Assembly (NCBI GenBank): GCA_041166405.1
Contig: JBEEFV010000093.1
Span: 21,252 to 85,251 of the forward strand
DNA length: 64,000 nt
Direction: 5' to 3'
DNA from: Actinomycetota bacterium
GTDB lineage: Bacteria > Actinomycetota > Acidimicrobiia > Acidimicrobiales > JACCXE01
Shown: positions 9,379 through 17,507 of the stretch, in pieces
Position numbering within the stretch: the stretch's first letter is position 1
Layout of the letters: each line of letters opens with the position of its first letter
Program-made: the position numbers and the translations under genes
Notes under the pieces: model-generated
What the model was told of the DNA's origin: nothing
The model's input: the letters and a program-made list of their open reading frames with translations, nothing else
The model's database searches: none

Positions 9379-10002
9379 GTGTGCGCGGTGCGAAATCTCA
9401 GGCTGGTGTGCGCGCTCGGGCTTTTGCTGGGTGTGGCGTGGTTCGCCGTCAATCCGTCGCAGCAAGGCGCGCTCAGCGCACCCTGCCCCACCACGACGAC
9501 TCGGGTACCGCGGACGACGACATCGCACCCGCCGCGGACGACCACATCGCACCCGCCGCGTACGACGACAACCACCACGCCTTGCGACCAACCGACCACC
9601 ACCGTCGCCGGTCAGACCACGACCACGCCCGTTCCGCCGACGACGAGCAGCACGCTCCCGGCGACGACTACAACGACGACGCATCAGGCCACGACGACGA
9701 CTTCGAGTTCGAACACCACGTCCACCTCGACGTCCACGTCCACCACATCGACGACGGGCCTTCCGGCGACAACCACCTCATCGAGTTCGTCGAGCCTCCC
9801 CACCACCACCACGACCACGGGTTCGGCGGCTGGTGCGACGACGTCGACCATCGGCGCCCGGAACCTGCCGATCACGGGTTCGAACACGGGCGGGCAAGTG
9901 CGTCCGGGCCTGCTGTTGCTCAGCTTCGGTGCCGCGCTCGTCGCCACGGCGGCGGTGCGCTTCGAGCGCAAGCGGCGCGGCAACCACTTCCTGAAGCACT
10001 GA
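9379..10002 (+). CDS. Thr/Ser-rich cell-surface protein with LPXTG-type sorting signal
   Basis: N-terminal signal-like LRLVCALGLLLGVAWFAV, about 140 aa of T/S/P-rich low complexity, then LPITG, hydrophobic GLLLLSFGAALVATAAV and basic RFERKRRG. Confidence 0.75.
   Translation: MCAVRNLRLVCALGLLLGVAWFAVNPSQQGALSAPCPTTTTRVPRTTTSHPPRTTTSHPPRTTTTTTPCDQPTTTVAGQTTTTPVPPTTSSTLPATTTTTTHQATTTTSSSNTTSTSTSTSTTSTTGLPATTTSSSSSSLPTTTTTTGSAAGATTSTIGARNLPITGSNTGGQVRPGLLLLSFGAALVATAAVRFERKRRGNHFLKH
9508..9570 (+). repeat. 24-nt in-frame tandem repeat (about 2.5 copies) inside the Thr-rich gene
   Basis: Unit 9508-9531 (ccgcggacgacgacatcgcacccg) and unit 9532-9555 differ at one base. A third partial copy follows. 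The unit encodes PRTTTSHP. Confidence 0.8.
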
Positions 10003-10028
10003 CCGCCTTCGCGGCGGGCGTGCGTCGA

Positions 10029-10094
10029 CTTTGAAGCACGCAAACGCGCGCCAAGGCGCCGTTTGGTCTAGCCGCGCGTTTGAGTGCTCTGAAG
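10029..10094. other. Long imperfect palindrome between convergent genes, possibly a bidirectional terminator
   Basis: Arms ctttgaagcacgcaaacgcgcg (10029-10050) and cgcgcgtttgagtgctctgaag (10073-10094) match at about 18 of 22 positions. Confidence 0.35.
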
Positions 10095-10200
10095 TGGCGC
10101 TCGGGATTGCACGTCCTGCTAGGACACGACCATGATGCAGCACACGCCTTGGCGTTGGCGGTCACGGATGACAACCTCTGATAGTCCGTGACCGCTGCCG

Positions 10201-10710
10201 CTACGGTGGCCCGAAGTTCAGCGTCAAGTCGGAGCCGGCGCCGCCGTGGAACCAGCGGCGGGGTGCGTCAATCGTCTCGGCGACGCGGTGGCCCTGCATC
10301 CTCGCTTCGTAGACATCGCGACCGCGTTCGTTGGAACCGACCGGGATCGAGGCCGCAGAGGCCCACGCAATGAAGGACCCGCCGCCGTACGGGAAGGTGC
10401 CGTACGCGCCGCCTCCGTAGGCGCCCGCGGGCCGTGATGCCGTGACGAGTCCAAGTTGATGGTTCGCACGGTTGCGCGCCCAGCGCACGCCGGCAAGAAG
10501 CCGCCCGTCTTGGTCGGCTTGGCGCCGCTGCTTGTAGGTGGGGTCCATCTCGGCCAATCGTTCGTCCAGAGCGCACGCCCACCACAAGACTTCGGTCGCA
10601 GGTGCGAACGCCTCTACCGCGTCTTGCTCGGCGTGGAATCGGCCGAGCGCGGCCTCGAAGGCGTCGCGGGCCACGACGAGCATGAGGCGTTGTTCGGCTG
10701 GAGGCGCCAC
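10201..10710 (-). CDS. Hypothetical protein with a Gly/Tyr-rich segment
   Basis: 169-aa ORF, co-directional with and 102 nt downstream of the repeat protein. No motif recognised. Contains GAYGGGAYGTFPYGGG. Confidence 0.5.
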   Translation of the reverse strand: MAPPAEQRLMLVVARDAFEAALGRFHAEQDAVEAFAPATEVLWWACALDERLAEMDPTYKQRRQADQDGRLLAGVRWARNRANHQLGLVTASRPAGAYGGGAYGTFPYGGGSFIAWASAASIPVGSNERGRDVYEARMQGHRVAETIDAPRRWFHGGAGSDLTLNFGPP

Positions 10711-10812
10711 GGAGGCAATCCTGCGCCTTCTGCGAGCTATCCGCGCTTGAGGTCCTGCGCCGTCGGGGATCGAACGCCGTAGGCACAGGCGCGCGCGATG
10801 CTTCGCCTGCTC

Positions 10813-11979
10813 CTAGGCGCGGCGCGCCGCGAGAGTCACCGGTGGGCCTTGACCGCCGAAGGAGAACCCGACAGCGGTGCAGACGGGGCCCAACCTGCAG
10901 GACACGCTGTTAAAGGTCGCGAGGTCTGTTCGGTTCGGGGTGGTCTCGATAATCCACTGATGGCCGTCCCAGCGTTCCGCCAGCGTTCGACTACCAGCAC
11001 TGCTGTATGAGCTCCCCACGGCGGTACACGCGATCGCTGAGGTGCACGACACGCCCTCCAGGAACGTGTATTCGGCCTCAGCCGGGTTTGGGGCGGACTG
11101 CAACGTCCAGCGAACGCCATCCCATCGTTCCACCAAAGCGACGCTGTGCGGGTTCCAGTAGTCGCCCACAGCCGTGCAGGCATTCGCGGCGGTGCACGAC
11201 ACGCTCTCCAAGACGTCGAACTCGGAGCTCGGATTGGGGGTTGCCTGCAACTCCCAGCGCGTGCCGTTCCACTGCATCGCCAGCGTCCGCGTTGGGTAGC
11301 CGCCACCTTCCGGTACGTCGTGGTTGCCGACAGCTGTACAAGAAGTAGGCGAGGTGCACGAGACGTCAGTCAACCGGACGGAACTCGCGTCCGCGATCGA
11401 CGGCGTGGTTTCCGTCTTCCATCCTGAGCCATCCCAGTGCTCGGCGAAAGTGAAGTACTCGGTTCGGTCCGCCACGGTCTTGTGATAGGTGCCGACAGCG
11501 ACGCAGGACGTCGTCGCCGCACACGAGACTGCGGAGAGGTTTGTTCCTAGGGCACCTTTCGGTGGGGGCGCCCACTGCAGCGCCCAGCGCGTGCCATTCC
11601 AACGCTCGACCAAAGGGAACCCTCGCCTGTCGGCATCGACGTAGTTGCCGACTGCGGTGCACGCGGCACGCGACGTGCACGAGACGTCGTTGAGTTCTTG
11701 TCTGACGTCCCTTGGATTCGGGGTTCGCTGGACGGTCCAGCGAGCGCCGTCCCAATGCTCGACGATCGGAGAGTTGACATCGCGCCCAACGGCGGTGCAC
11801 GCGGTCGTCGACGAGCATGACACCGACACCAACCGATTCTCCTCGGCTCCAGGATTCGGCGTGAACTGAACTCTCCAGCGCTGTGTCGTAGCAATCGGCG
11901 AAGCCGCTGCGCCGCCCCCGGTGGCAAACACCGCGATTGCGACCACGATGACGGTGAACCGGACTCTCGTCACGTACAT
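10813..11979 (-). CDS. Secreted protein with seven repeats carrying a conserved Cys pair, probably a beta-propeller
   Basis: ATG at 11979 gives the signal peptide MYVTRVRFTVIVVAIAVFATGGGAAAS. The unit W(D/N)G.RW...TPNP...(V)SC.S...CTAVG occurs seven times. Confidence 0.75.
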   Translation of the reverse strand: MYVTRVRFTVIVVAIAVFATGGGAAASPIATTQRWRVQFTPNPGAEENRLVSVSCSSTTACTAVGRDVNSPIVEHWDGARWTVQRTPNPRDVRQELNDVSCTSRAACTAVGNYVDADRRGFPLVERWNGTRWALQWAPPPKGALGTNLSAVSCAATTSCVAVGTYHKTVADRTEYFTFAEHWDGSGWKTETTPSIADASSVRLTDVSCTSPTSCTAVGNHDVPEGGGYPTRTLAMQWNGTRWELQATPNPSSEFDVLESVSCTAANACTAVGDYWNPHSVALVERWDGVRWTLQSAPNPAEAEYTFLEGVSCTSAIACTAVGSSYSSAGSRTLAERWDGHQWIIETTPNRTDLATFNSVSCRLGPVCTAVGFSFGGQGPPVTLAARRA

Positions 11980-12121
11980 GCGGGCGAGACTAGGGCGGTC
12001 TTGTTGGTCGGCGCAGGTGCGCGGACGCATCGCGCGTCACGACGAGATGACAGGTTCGGGCGCAGTCTTGCGCCCGCCGCGACCGTTCAGTCGGCGGGAC
12101 ACCCGTAGGAGCTCGTTAATC

Positions 12122-12174
12122 GAGTACGCCGCGTGGCATTCCAACCCAGAACCTGAGATCAAGAGTGTGTTCTG
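12122..12174 (-). repeat. Degenerate copy of the tRNA-Lys 3' half (anticodon loop to 3' end), putative attR-like relic
   Basis: Aligns with 13192-13245 at roughly 85% identity with 2 single-base gaps, in the same orientation. T-stem and T-loop are disrupted (ttggaatgccac), so it is not a functional tRNA. Confidence 0.6.
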
Positions 12175-12293
12175 GTGACGTCGACCTGCTGGTTCATTCG
12201 CAGCCGCCCGTAACACCCGGCAGCAACGCGGAACAAATACGTGGTTCCGAACCTGGCCTTGCCGTGGCTCGCCTAGTCACTTCGGTGCTGTGT

Positions 12294-12316
12294 ACGAGTC
12301 CACTGTGTGGACTCGT
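12294..12316. other. Perfect 10-bp stem with 3-nt loop
   Basis: acgagtccac-tgt-gtggactcgt, about 100 nt downstream of the 213-aa minus-strand gene. Three T follow on the plus strand only. Confidence 0.4.
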
Positions 12317-12415
12317 TTAGCACCGGGGACCGACCGCCTGTCTGCATTGCAGACTCGTCAACAGAATCAGCAGCGCATACGTGCCGTTCTCGCGCGAGGA
12401 GGACGGCACCGCAGG

Positions 12416-13057
12416 CTACCTCCCGCCGTTGCCGGGCTTTCGCTTCATTGCCTTGCGACGTTCTGCCCTGTTCGGCCCTCCAGGCGTCGCGGGTGGAGTG
12501 CGTGCAGGCTGCGCCGGACGCGCGATCGTCGGCGGCGGCGTAGTCGATCGCGGTGCTTTCTCCTGAGCAACAACCTCATCGACGACGCGCTCGATCTGCG
12601 CGCGAATCTCAGCGTCGCTCGGACTGGGGCTCGACGCCTTTGCCTTGGCGATTGCCATCGCCAAGAGCACGCCGAGCACGGCGCTGACGACAGCCCACAG
12701 GAGCTTGTCCGGCCAGCCGTTCGACTTGCTCATCGCCTTGACGACGTCGGCGACTTTCGAGTCGATCGCGTCGAGTCGGGCCAGTACCTCGTCCCGTTGA
12801 ATCTCGCCGCGAGCGCCTGCGTCAACGGCCGCCTTGATACGTCTCAGAACGTGATGGGTCATCGCCGGCGCTGCGAGAACGGTCATCACTCCGTTGGAAT
12901 CGAAATGAAACGTCCCATCGAGGAATCCTGCGTACGCACCGCACACGGGACAGTTGGTGCCACTGTTGACCATCGTGACGGTGGCGCCGGCGGCGATTTC
13001 GATCGCGTTCGAGCGGAACAGATGCCCGTTCTCGCAACGCGCCAAAAGACCTGCCAC
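12416..13057 (-). CDS. Hypothetical single-pass membrane protein with an N-terminal Cys/His zinc-ribbon-like motif and a Pro-rich basic tail
   Basis: 213 aa. C-ENGH...NCPVCG, TM helix LLWAVVSAVLGVLLAMAIA, tail PPPTIARPAQPARTPPATPGGPNRAERRKAMKRK. It is the only gene between the two tRNA-Lys-derived repeats. Confidence 0.6.
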   Translation of the reverse strand: MAGLLARCENGHLFRSNAIEIAAGATVTMVNSGTNCPVCGAYAGFLDGTFHFDSNGVMTVLAAPAMTHHVLRRIKAAVDAGARGEIQRDEVLARLDAIDSKVADVVKAMSKSNGWPDKLLWAVVSAVLGVLLAMAIAKAKASSPSPSDAEIRAQIERVVDEVVAQEKAPRSTTPPPTIARPAQPARTPPATPGGPNRAERRKAMKRKPGNGGR

Positions 13058-13109
13058 GGACTGGACGGTACCTAGGCGGTCTCACGCGCGGCGGACAATG
13101 CACCGAAAG

Positions 13110-13140
13110 TGACTGCGCGAATTCGAAAACTGACTGCGCG
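13110..13140. promoter_or_regulatory. Direct repeat tgactgcgcg x2 with 21-nt spacing, upstream of the 213-aa gene
   Basis: Exact 10-mers at 13110-13119 and 13131-13140, with a related tgaccgctcg at 13179-13188. They lie between the gene start (13057) and the tRNA-Lys 3' end. Confidence 0.3.
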
Positions 13141-13194
13141 CTTTCGACTTCGGCCTTCGCCTTCGTCAAAAGGACAACTGACCGCTCGACTGAG

Positions 13195-13266
13195 TACGCC
13201 CCCTGGGATTCGAACCCAGAACCTGCAGATTAAGAGTCTGTTGCTCTGCCGTTGAGCTAGAGGCGC
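13195..13266 (-). tRNA. tRNA-Lys (anticodon CTT)
   Basis: Cloverleaf: GCGCCTC TA GCTC..GAGC, anticodon loop CTCTTAA, T-arm CTGGG-TTCGAAT-CCCAG. The acceptor 3' strand GGGGCGT gives two G-U pairs, and there is one A-C mismatch at the top of the anticodon stem. Confidence 0.85.
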
Positions 13267-13316
13267 GTAGGGAGTGGACAGGATAGTGGTCAGGCGTCGG
13301 ACGTAGCATCACCGGA

Positions 13317-14135
13317 GTGAAGGTGTGGTGCCGAGCGACGCTCAACTACGCGGGTCCGGGCGGCCTCGGCGAGCGCGGGATGTCGCCGGTCGAGGTGGAG
13401 ATCCGTGACGGACGATTGCTCGCAGCCCCGTGGACGGAGTGTGGCTTCGAACTCCGTCGTCACGCGTCCGCGATCGCGGACTGGACCGACGATGAGGCGA
13501 TAGCCGGCGTCCACTACGGCGAGGTCGAAGCGTTGGCGCGCGAAGTCACGGGGTGTGACGCCGCGTTGGTGTCGGACCACGTCAAGCGGACGGCGAACGA
13601 CACGAAGCGAGAGCGCGAGCAAGAACCCGTGCGGCTCGTCCACTCCGACTTCGCAGCTGACTACGGCGACATCGTGCGCACGTCGTATCGCGAAGTCAGC
13701 GGACGGGGCGCCGCAACGTTGAAGCGAGCCGGCGTCACCAGCGACGACATCGAACACGCGCAACGGATCGTGATGCTGCAGGTGTGGCGCAACCTCGGTT
13801 CGCCACGTCCCGATTTGCCGGTCGCCTGGTGCGACGCGCGCACGGTGACGCCCGCCGACGCGCGCCCGTTTCGTTACACCGGCTACGTCGCCGGCGGCCG
13901 CGCCTTCGACGCGTTGGCGATCGTCGCACCCGCCAACGCCGACGACCACGGTTGGTACGGCTTTCCCGACCTGACGTCCGACGAGGCCGTTGTCTTCCGT
14001 ACCTACGACACCGAGCTCGTGGCCGAGAACACAACGTGGTTCACACCCCACAGCGCGTTTCGCGATCCCACCGTCGAACTAGGGCAGCCGCCGCGGTTCA
14101 GCATCGAGCTGCGCGTGCTGTGTCTGTTCGCCTGA
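13317..14135 (+). CDS. CmcJ/NvfI (AsaB-like) family putative non-heme iron oxygenase
   Basis: 272 aa. ATLNYAGP near the N terminus and VRLVHSDF (H-x-D) resemble this family from memory. No HMM check was possible. Confidence 0.55.
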   Translation: MKVWCRATLNYAGPGGLGERGMSPVEVEIRDGRLLAAPWTECGFELRRHASAIADWTDDEAIAGVHYGEVEALAREVTGCDAALVSDHVKRTANDTKREREQEPVRLVHSDFAADYGDIVRTSYREVSGRGAATLKRAGVTSDDIEHAQRIVMLQVWRNLGSPRPDLPVAWCDARTVTPADARPFRYTGYVAGGRAFDALAIVAPANADDHGWYGFPDLTSDEAVVFRTYDTELVAENTTWFTPHSAFRDPTVELGQPPRFSIELRVLCLFA

Positions 14136-14191
14136 GCGCGCTCGACGAGCGCCGGCGGCGGTGGTCGTCGCAGGCACGCCTGCTCGCGGTG

Positions 14192-15184
14192 ATGGACGAC
14201 GACGAGCTTGGCCGTCTCGTCGACCGCACGCACATCGACGGTTGGGGAGCGAGCTCGACGGCGACGCTTCCCGACGGCTCGCTGGTGTTCGTCAAGCGTC
14301 TCCCGTTGACCGAGGTCGAATACGAACGCGCACACTCGACGCGCAACCACTTCACACTGCCGACCTATTACCAATACGGCGTCGGGTCCGCCGGCTTCGG
14401 CGCGTGGCGCGAACTCGCTACTCATGTGAAGACGACCGGGTGGGTTGTCGACGGGTCATGCACGGCGTTCCCGCTGTTGGTGCACCACCGCGTGATGCGT
14501 CGTCGGCGCGCCGCACAATCCGCACCGACACGTGGATCGCGTTCGTGGGTCGACAGCCCCGAGTACGTCATGTACTGGAACGCGAGCAAACGGATCGGGT
14601 CGTTCATCGCGGCGCGCCGCGAGACACCGTTCGAATTGTGGCTGGTGCTGGAGCACGTTCCGCATCGGATGTTCGACTGGATCCGCGACCACCAGGGCGC
14701 CGTCGCCAAAGTGGTCGACGCGCAGATTGGAACGCTGCGCTTCCTGCACGAAAACGGCGTGTTCCATTTCGACGCCCACTTCGGCAACGTCGTCACCGAC
14801 GGGTCGGCGCCGCTGCTCACCGATTTCGGTCTCGCGAGTGACCGCGCGTTCGCGTTGTCGTCGGCGGAGCGCGCGTTCGTTGACCGGCACGCGCACTACG
14901 ACTTCGGCGAGACGATCTACAGCGTCGGCAACGCGTTGCTGGGGTTCCGCGACCTGCCCGACCTGCCGGCCGACCACGATGCAGCCATCGCAGAACTCGT
15001 CGCCAATGTCCGCGCGTTGGATGTCTCGCGTGCGTACGCCGACGTCATCGCGCGCTACCGAGCGGTGATCCTGTTCATGGCGTCGTTCTTTTCGGCGATG
15101 CGGCACAACCGTCGGAAGAACACGTTCTTCGACGACGCGCGGCTTACGGCGTTGCTGAAGGACGCAGGCGTCGACGTCGGCTGA
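14192..15184 (+). CDS. Protein-kinase-like fold phosphotransferase, substrate unknown
   Basis: ATG at 14192 (MDDDELG). Catalytic-loop-like HFDAHFGNVV and LTDFGLA. The ORF-track start 13784 overlaps the previous gene and was rejected. Confidence 0.7.
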   Translation: MDDDELGRLVDRTHIDGWGASSTATLPDGSLVFVKRLPLTEVEYERAHSTRNHFTLPTYYQYGVGSAGFGAWRELATHVKTTGWVVDGSCTAFPLLVHHRVMRRRRAAQSAPTRGSRSWVDSPEYVMYWNASKRIGSFIAARRETPFELWLVLEHVPHRMFDWIRDHQGAVAKVVDAQIGTLRFLHENGVFHFDAHFGNVVTDGSAPLLTDFGLASDRAFALSSAERAFVDRHAHYDFGETIYSVGNALLGFRDLPDLPADHDAAIAELVANVRALDVSRAYADVIARYRAVILFMASFFSAMRHNRRKNTFFDDARLTALLKDAGVDVG

Positions 15185-15185
15185 G

Positions 15186-15259
15186 CGCCCCCGGCAGGAT
15201 TCGAACCTGCGACAACCGACTTAGAAGGACGGTGCTCTATCCAACTGAGCTACGGGAGC
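15186..15259 (-). tRNA. tRNA-Arg (anticodon TCT)
   Basis: GCTCCCG TA GCTCAGTTGGATAGAGC, loop CTTCTAA, T-arm GCAGG-TTCGAAT-CCTGC, acceptor CGGGGGC. One U-U mismatch in the anticodon stem. The 3' end lies 1 nt beyond the upstream gene's stop. Confidence 0.8.
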
Positions 15260-15277
15260 GGCGCAAGCGTAATAACG

Positions 15278-15748
15278 GTGTCGTACCGTGCGTCCATGGG
15301 GAAAGCAGCGGGGAGCGAGCGGATCGTCGTCAGCGCGTCGCCCGAGGTCGCGTACGACGTCGTCAGTGACGTCACGCGGACGGGGGAGTGGTCGCCGGAA
15401 TGCGTGCGCGTGGAGTGGATCACGCAAGGCGAGCGTTTCATAGGGCACAACAAGGACGGCGAGCGCGAGTGGTCGATGGAGTGTGTGATCGACGAGGCGG
15501 CGCGCCCGTCCGCGTTCAGTTTTCACACGGAGCGCGACGGGCAGCCGCGCACGAAATGGGGCTACCGGTTCGCGCCGGTGGAGGGCGGTACCGAGATCAC
15601 CGAGTGGTACGAGCGCGTGGCCGACACACCACTCGTGGCGCGCCTCGTCGAGCGGGTAGCGATGGGCGGTCGCGAGAAGCACAACGCCGCCAACATGCAA
15701 AAAAGCCTTGAGCGTCTCAAGAAAGTCGTGGAGTCTGCGGGTGCTTGA
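15278..15748 (+). CDS. SRPBCC (polyketide cyclase/dehydrase-like) family protein
   Basis: 156 aa. IVVSASPEVAYDVVSDVTRTGEWSPE is the typical SRPBCC N terminus. The start could be ATG 15296. Confidence 0.75.
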   Translation: MSYRASMGKAAGSERIVVSASPEVAYDVVSDVTRTGEWSPECVRVEWITQGERFIGHNKDGEREWSMECVIDEAARPSAFSFHTERDGQPRTKWGYRFAPVEGGTEITEWYERVADTPLVARLVERVAMGGREKHNAANMQKSLERLKKVVESAGA

Positions 15749-16650
15749 CGGCCGAGCAGCGACACGAGGGCGAGATCCCGATGGACGAGGCGCGCGTGCG
15801 CGCCTTGTTGCGCGCGCAGTTCCCGCAGTGGGCGGACCTGCCGCTCGTCGAGCTCGCCGAGCAGGGGACTGACCACACCCTTTACCGTCTCGGCGACACG
15901 ATGGTCGTGCGCATGCCGATTCGCCCGTTCGCCGGGGCGCCGTTGGCGAAGCAGCAGGCCGGGCGAGAGGCGGCGTGGGTGCCGTACCTCGCCTCCCGCT
16001 TGCCGCTCGAGCTCCCGATTCCGGTAGGACTCGGTGAACCGACTGACGACTACCCGTGGCACTGGTCGATCGTCTCGTGGATAGACGGCGTTTGCACCGA
16101 CGCCGACAACACCGACATGGATCGCGCCCTCGACGATCTCGCAGCCTTCATCCGCGCGTTGCATGCGATCGACACGACGGGTGCGCCCACCGCGAGCTCC
16201 GTCAATTGGGGACGCGGCCAGTCATTGCGGCCCGGCGCGCAGATGATTCGCGACGCCATCGACCGCGTCAGCGATCGCTACGACACCGCGCCGATGCGCG
16301 CCGCGTGGGACGCGGCGATAGAGGCCGACGAGTGGGACCGTCCGGGCGTGTGGTTCCACGGTGACCTGCAATTCGGCAACCTGATCTCGCGGGACGGGCG
16401 TCTCGTTGGTGTCATCGACTCGCCCTACGGAGTGGGCGATCCCGCGTGCGATCTCATGCCCGGGTGGACGATGTTCCGCGGCAAGGAGCGGGCGCGCTTT
16501 TTCGAAGCCGTGGGGCTCGACGAGGCGACGAAGATCCGGTCGCGGGGTTGGGTCCTCGGGCCCGCCTGCTACGGGCTGACGTACTACCGCAATGTGCCGT
16601 CGTTGCTGGCGAAGATGCTGGCGGCCGTCGAGTGCGCGTTGTCTGACTGA
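15745..16650 (+). CDS. Aminoglycoside/choline-kinase-type phosphotransferase (APH family)
   Basis: HGDLQFGNLI and VIDSPYGVGDPACDL motifs. 4-nt overlap with the SRPBCC gene. Confidence 0.85.
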   Translation: MTAEQRHEGEIPMDEARVRALLRAQFPQWADLPLVELAEQGTDHTLYRLGDTMVVRMPIRPFAGAPLAKQQAGREAAWVPYLASRLPLELPIPVGLGEPTDDYPWHWSIVSWIDGVCTDADNTDMDRALDDLAAFIRALHAIDTTGAPTASSVNWGRGQSLRPGAQMIRDAIDRVSDRYDTAPMRAAWDAAIEADEWDRPGVWFHGDLQFGNLISRDGRLVGVIDSPYGVGDPACDLMPGWTMFRGKERARFFEAVGLDEATKIRSRGWVLGPACYGLTYYRNVPSLLAKMLAAVECALSD

Positions 16651-16703
16651 CACGTTCCGTTAGTGCGCCCGTAAGGGCCACGTCGCGTGGAGAGGTCAGA
16701 CTG

Positions 16704-17486
16704 GTGTCGATGCGGACCCTGCTGACGAACGACGACGGCATCGACTCTCCCGGCTTGCATGCGCTGGCGCGGGCGATGAAAACCTGTGGCCACGAGGTCG
16801 TGATCGTTGCTCCGGCGGTCGATCACTCCGGCTACGGCTCTGCCCTCGGCCCGCTGCACATGACGGGTCAAGTGTCGTTCGAGGACCGCAAGATCGAAGA
16901 CCTGCTCGACGTCGAGGCGTATGCCGTCGACGGGTCGCCTGCGCTGTGCGCCTTTTCTGCCGTCCTCGGTGGCTTCGGTGCGACGCCCGACCTCGTCGTG
17001 TCGGGCATCAACGCGGGACAGAACCAGGGCCGCGCTGTTCTGTTCTCGGGGACCGTCGGCGCCGCGCTCACTGCGTGCCAGTTCGGCGTTCCGGGCATGG
17101 CGGTGTCGCTGGCGAAACGTACCGACGACGAGTGGCACTGGGATACGGCCGCCGTGTGCGCGGCCAGCTTGGTGAACGCCGTCCAAGAGATCGGCACGTC
17201 CGGGGTCCTCAACGTGAACGTGCCCAACGTGCGGCCGTATGCCGTGCGCGGCATCAAGACGGCCCGCCTCGCCGTCGGCGGGCGAGTGCAGACCGCGATG
17301 GTCGAGGCGGGGCCGGGCACCCTCGAGCTCAACTTCGAACGCTTCGAACCTGAGCCCGGCACCGACGTCGCCCTGTTGCGTGAGAACTACGTCACTTTGG
17401 CGTTGATCTCCGTCGCGCGCGATCTTGACGACCCGGCGCTCGACGCCATCGTCGGGCGTCTCACCAACGAAGAGCTCGCCGGCTAA
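16704..17486 (+). CDS. surE: 5'/3'-nucleotidase SurE
   Basis: N-terminal MRTLLTNDDGIDSPGL and VVIVAPAVDHSGYG. 260 aa. Confidence 0.9.
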   Translation: MSMRTLLTNDDGIDSPGLHALARAMKTCGHEVVIVAPAVDHSGYGSALGPLHMTGQVSFEDRKIEDLLDVEAYAVDGSPALCAFSAVLGGFGATPDLVVSGINAGQNQGRAVLFSGTVGAALTACQFGVPGMAVSLAKRTDDEWHWDTAAVCAASLVNAVQEIGTSGVLNVNVPNVRPYAVRGIKTARLAVGGRVQTAMVEAGPGTLELNFERFEPEPGTDVALLRENYVTLALISVARDLDDPALDAIVGRLTNEELAG

Positions 17487-17507
17487 TTCGGCGGCGCGGC
17501 CCGTGGG

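Noticed and set aside
9379-10043. The repetitive Thr-rich region considered as a possible CRISPR array or non-coding satellite. Alternative frames give His/Asp-rich (9381..10034) and Val-rich (9684..10043) ORFs.
   Set aside because: The repeats are contiguous 24-nt in-frame units with no spacers. Only the Thr-rich frame has a signal peptide and an LPXTG, TM and basic-tail ending.
12290-13075. 261-aa plus-strand ORF inside the tRNA-Lys-bracketed insert
   Set aside because: It is antisense to the 213-aa minus-strand ORF, which has a coherent architecture (Zn-ribbon-like motif, TM helix, Pro-rich tail). The plus-strand translation is Arg-rich filler.
12031-13316. Search for an integrase, excisionase or transposase that would make the tRNA-Lys-flanked segment an active mobile element
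   Set aside because: No recombinase-like ORF or motif is visible in any frame. I therefore report only a relic or footprint, not a mobile element.
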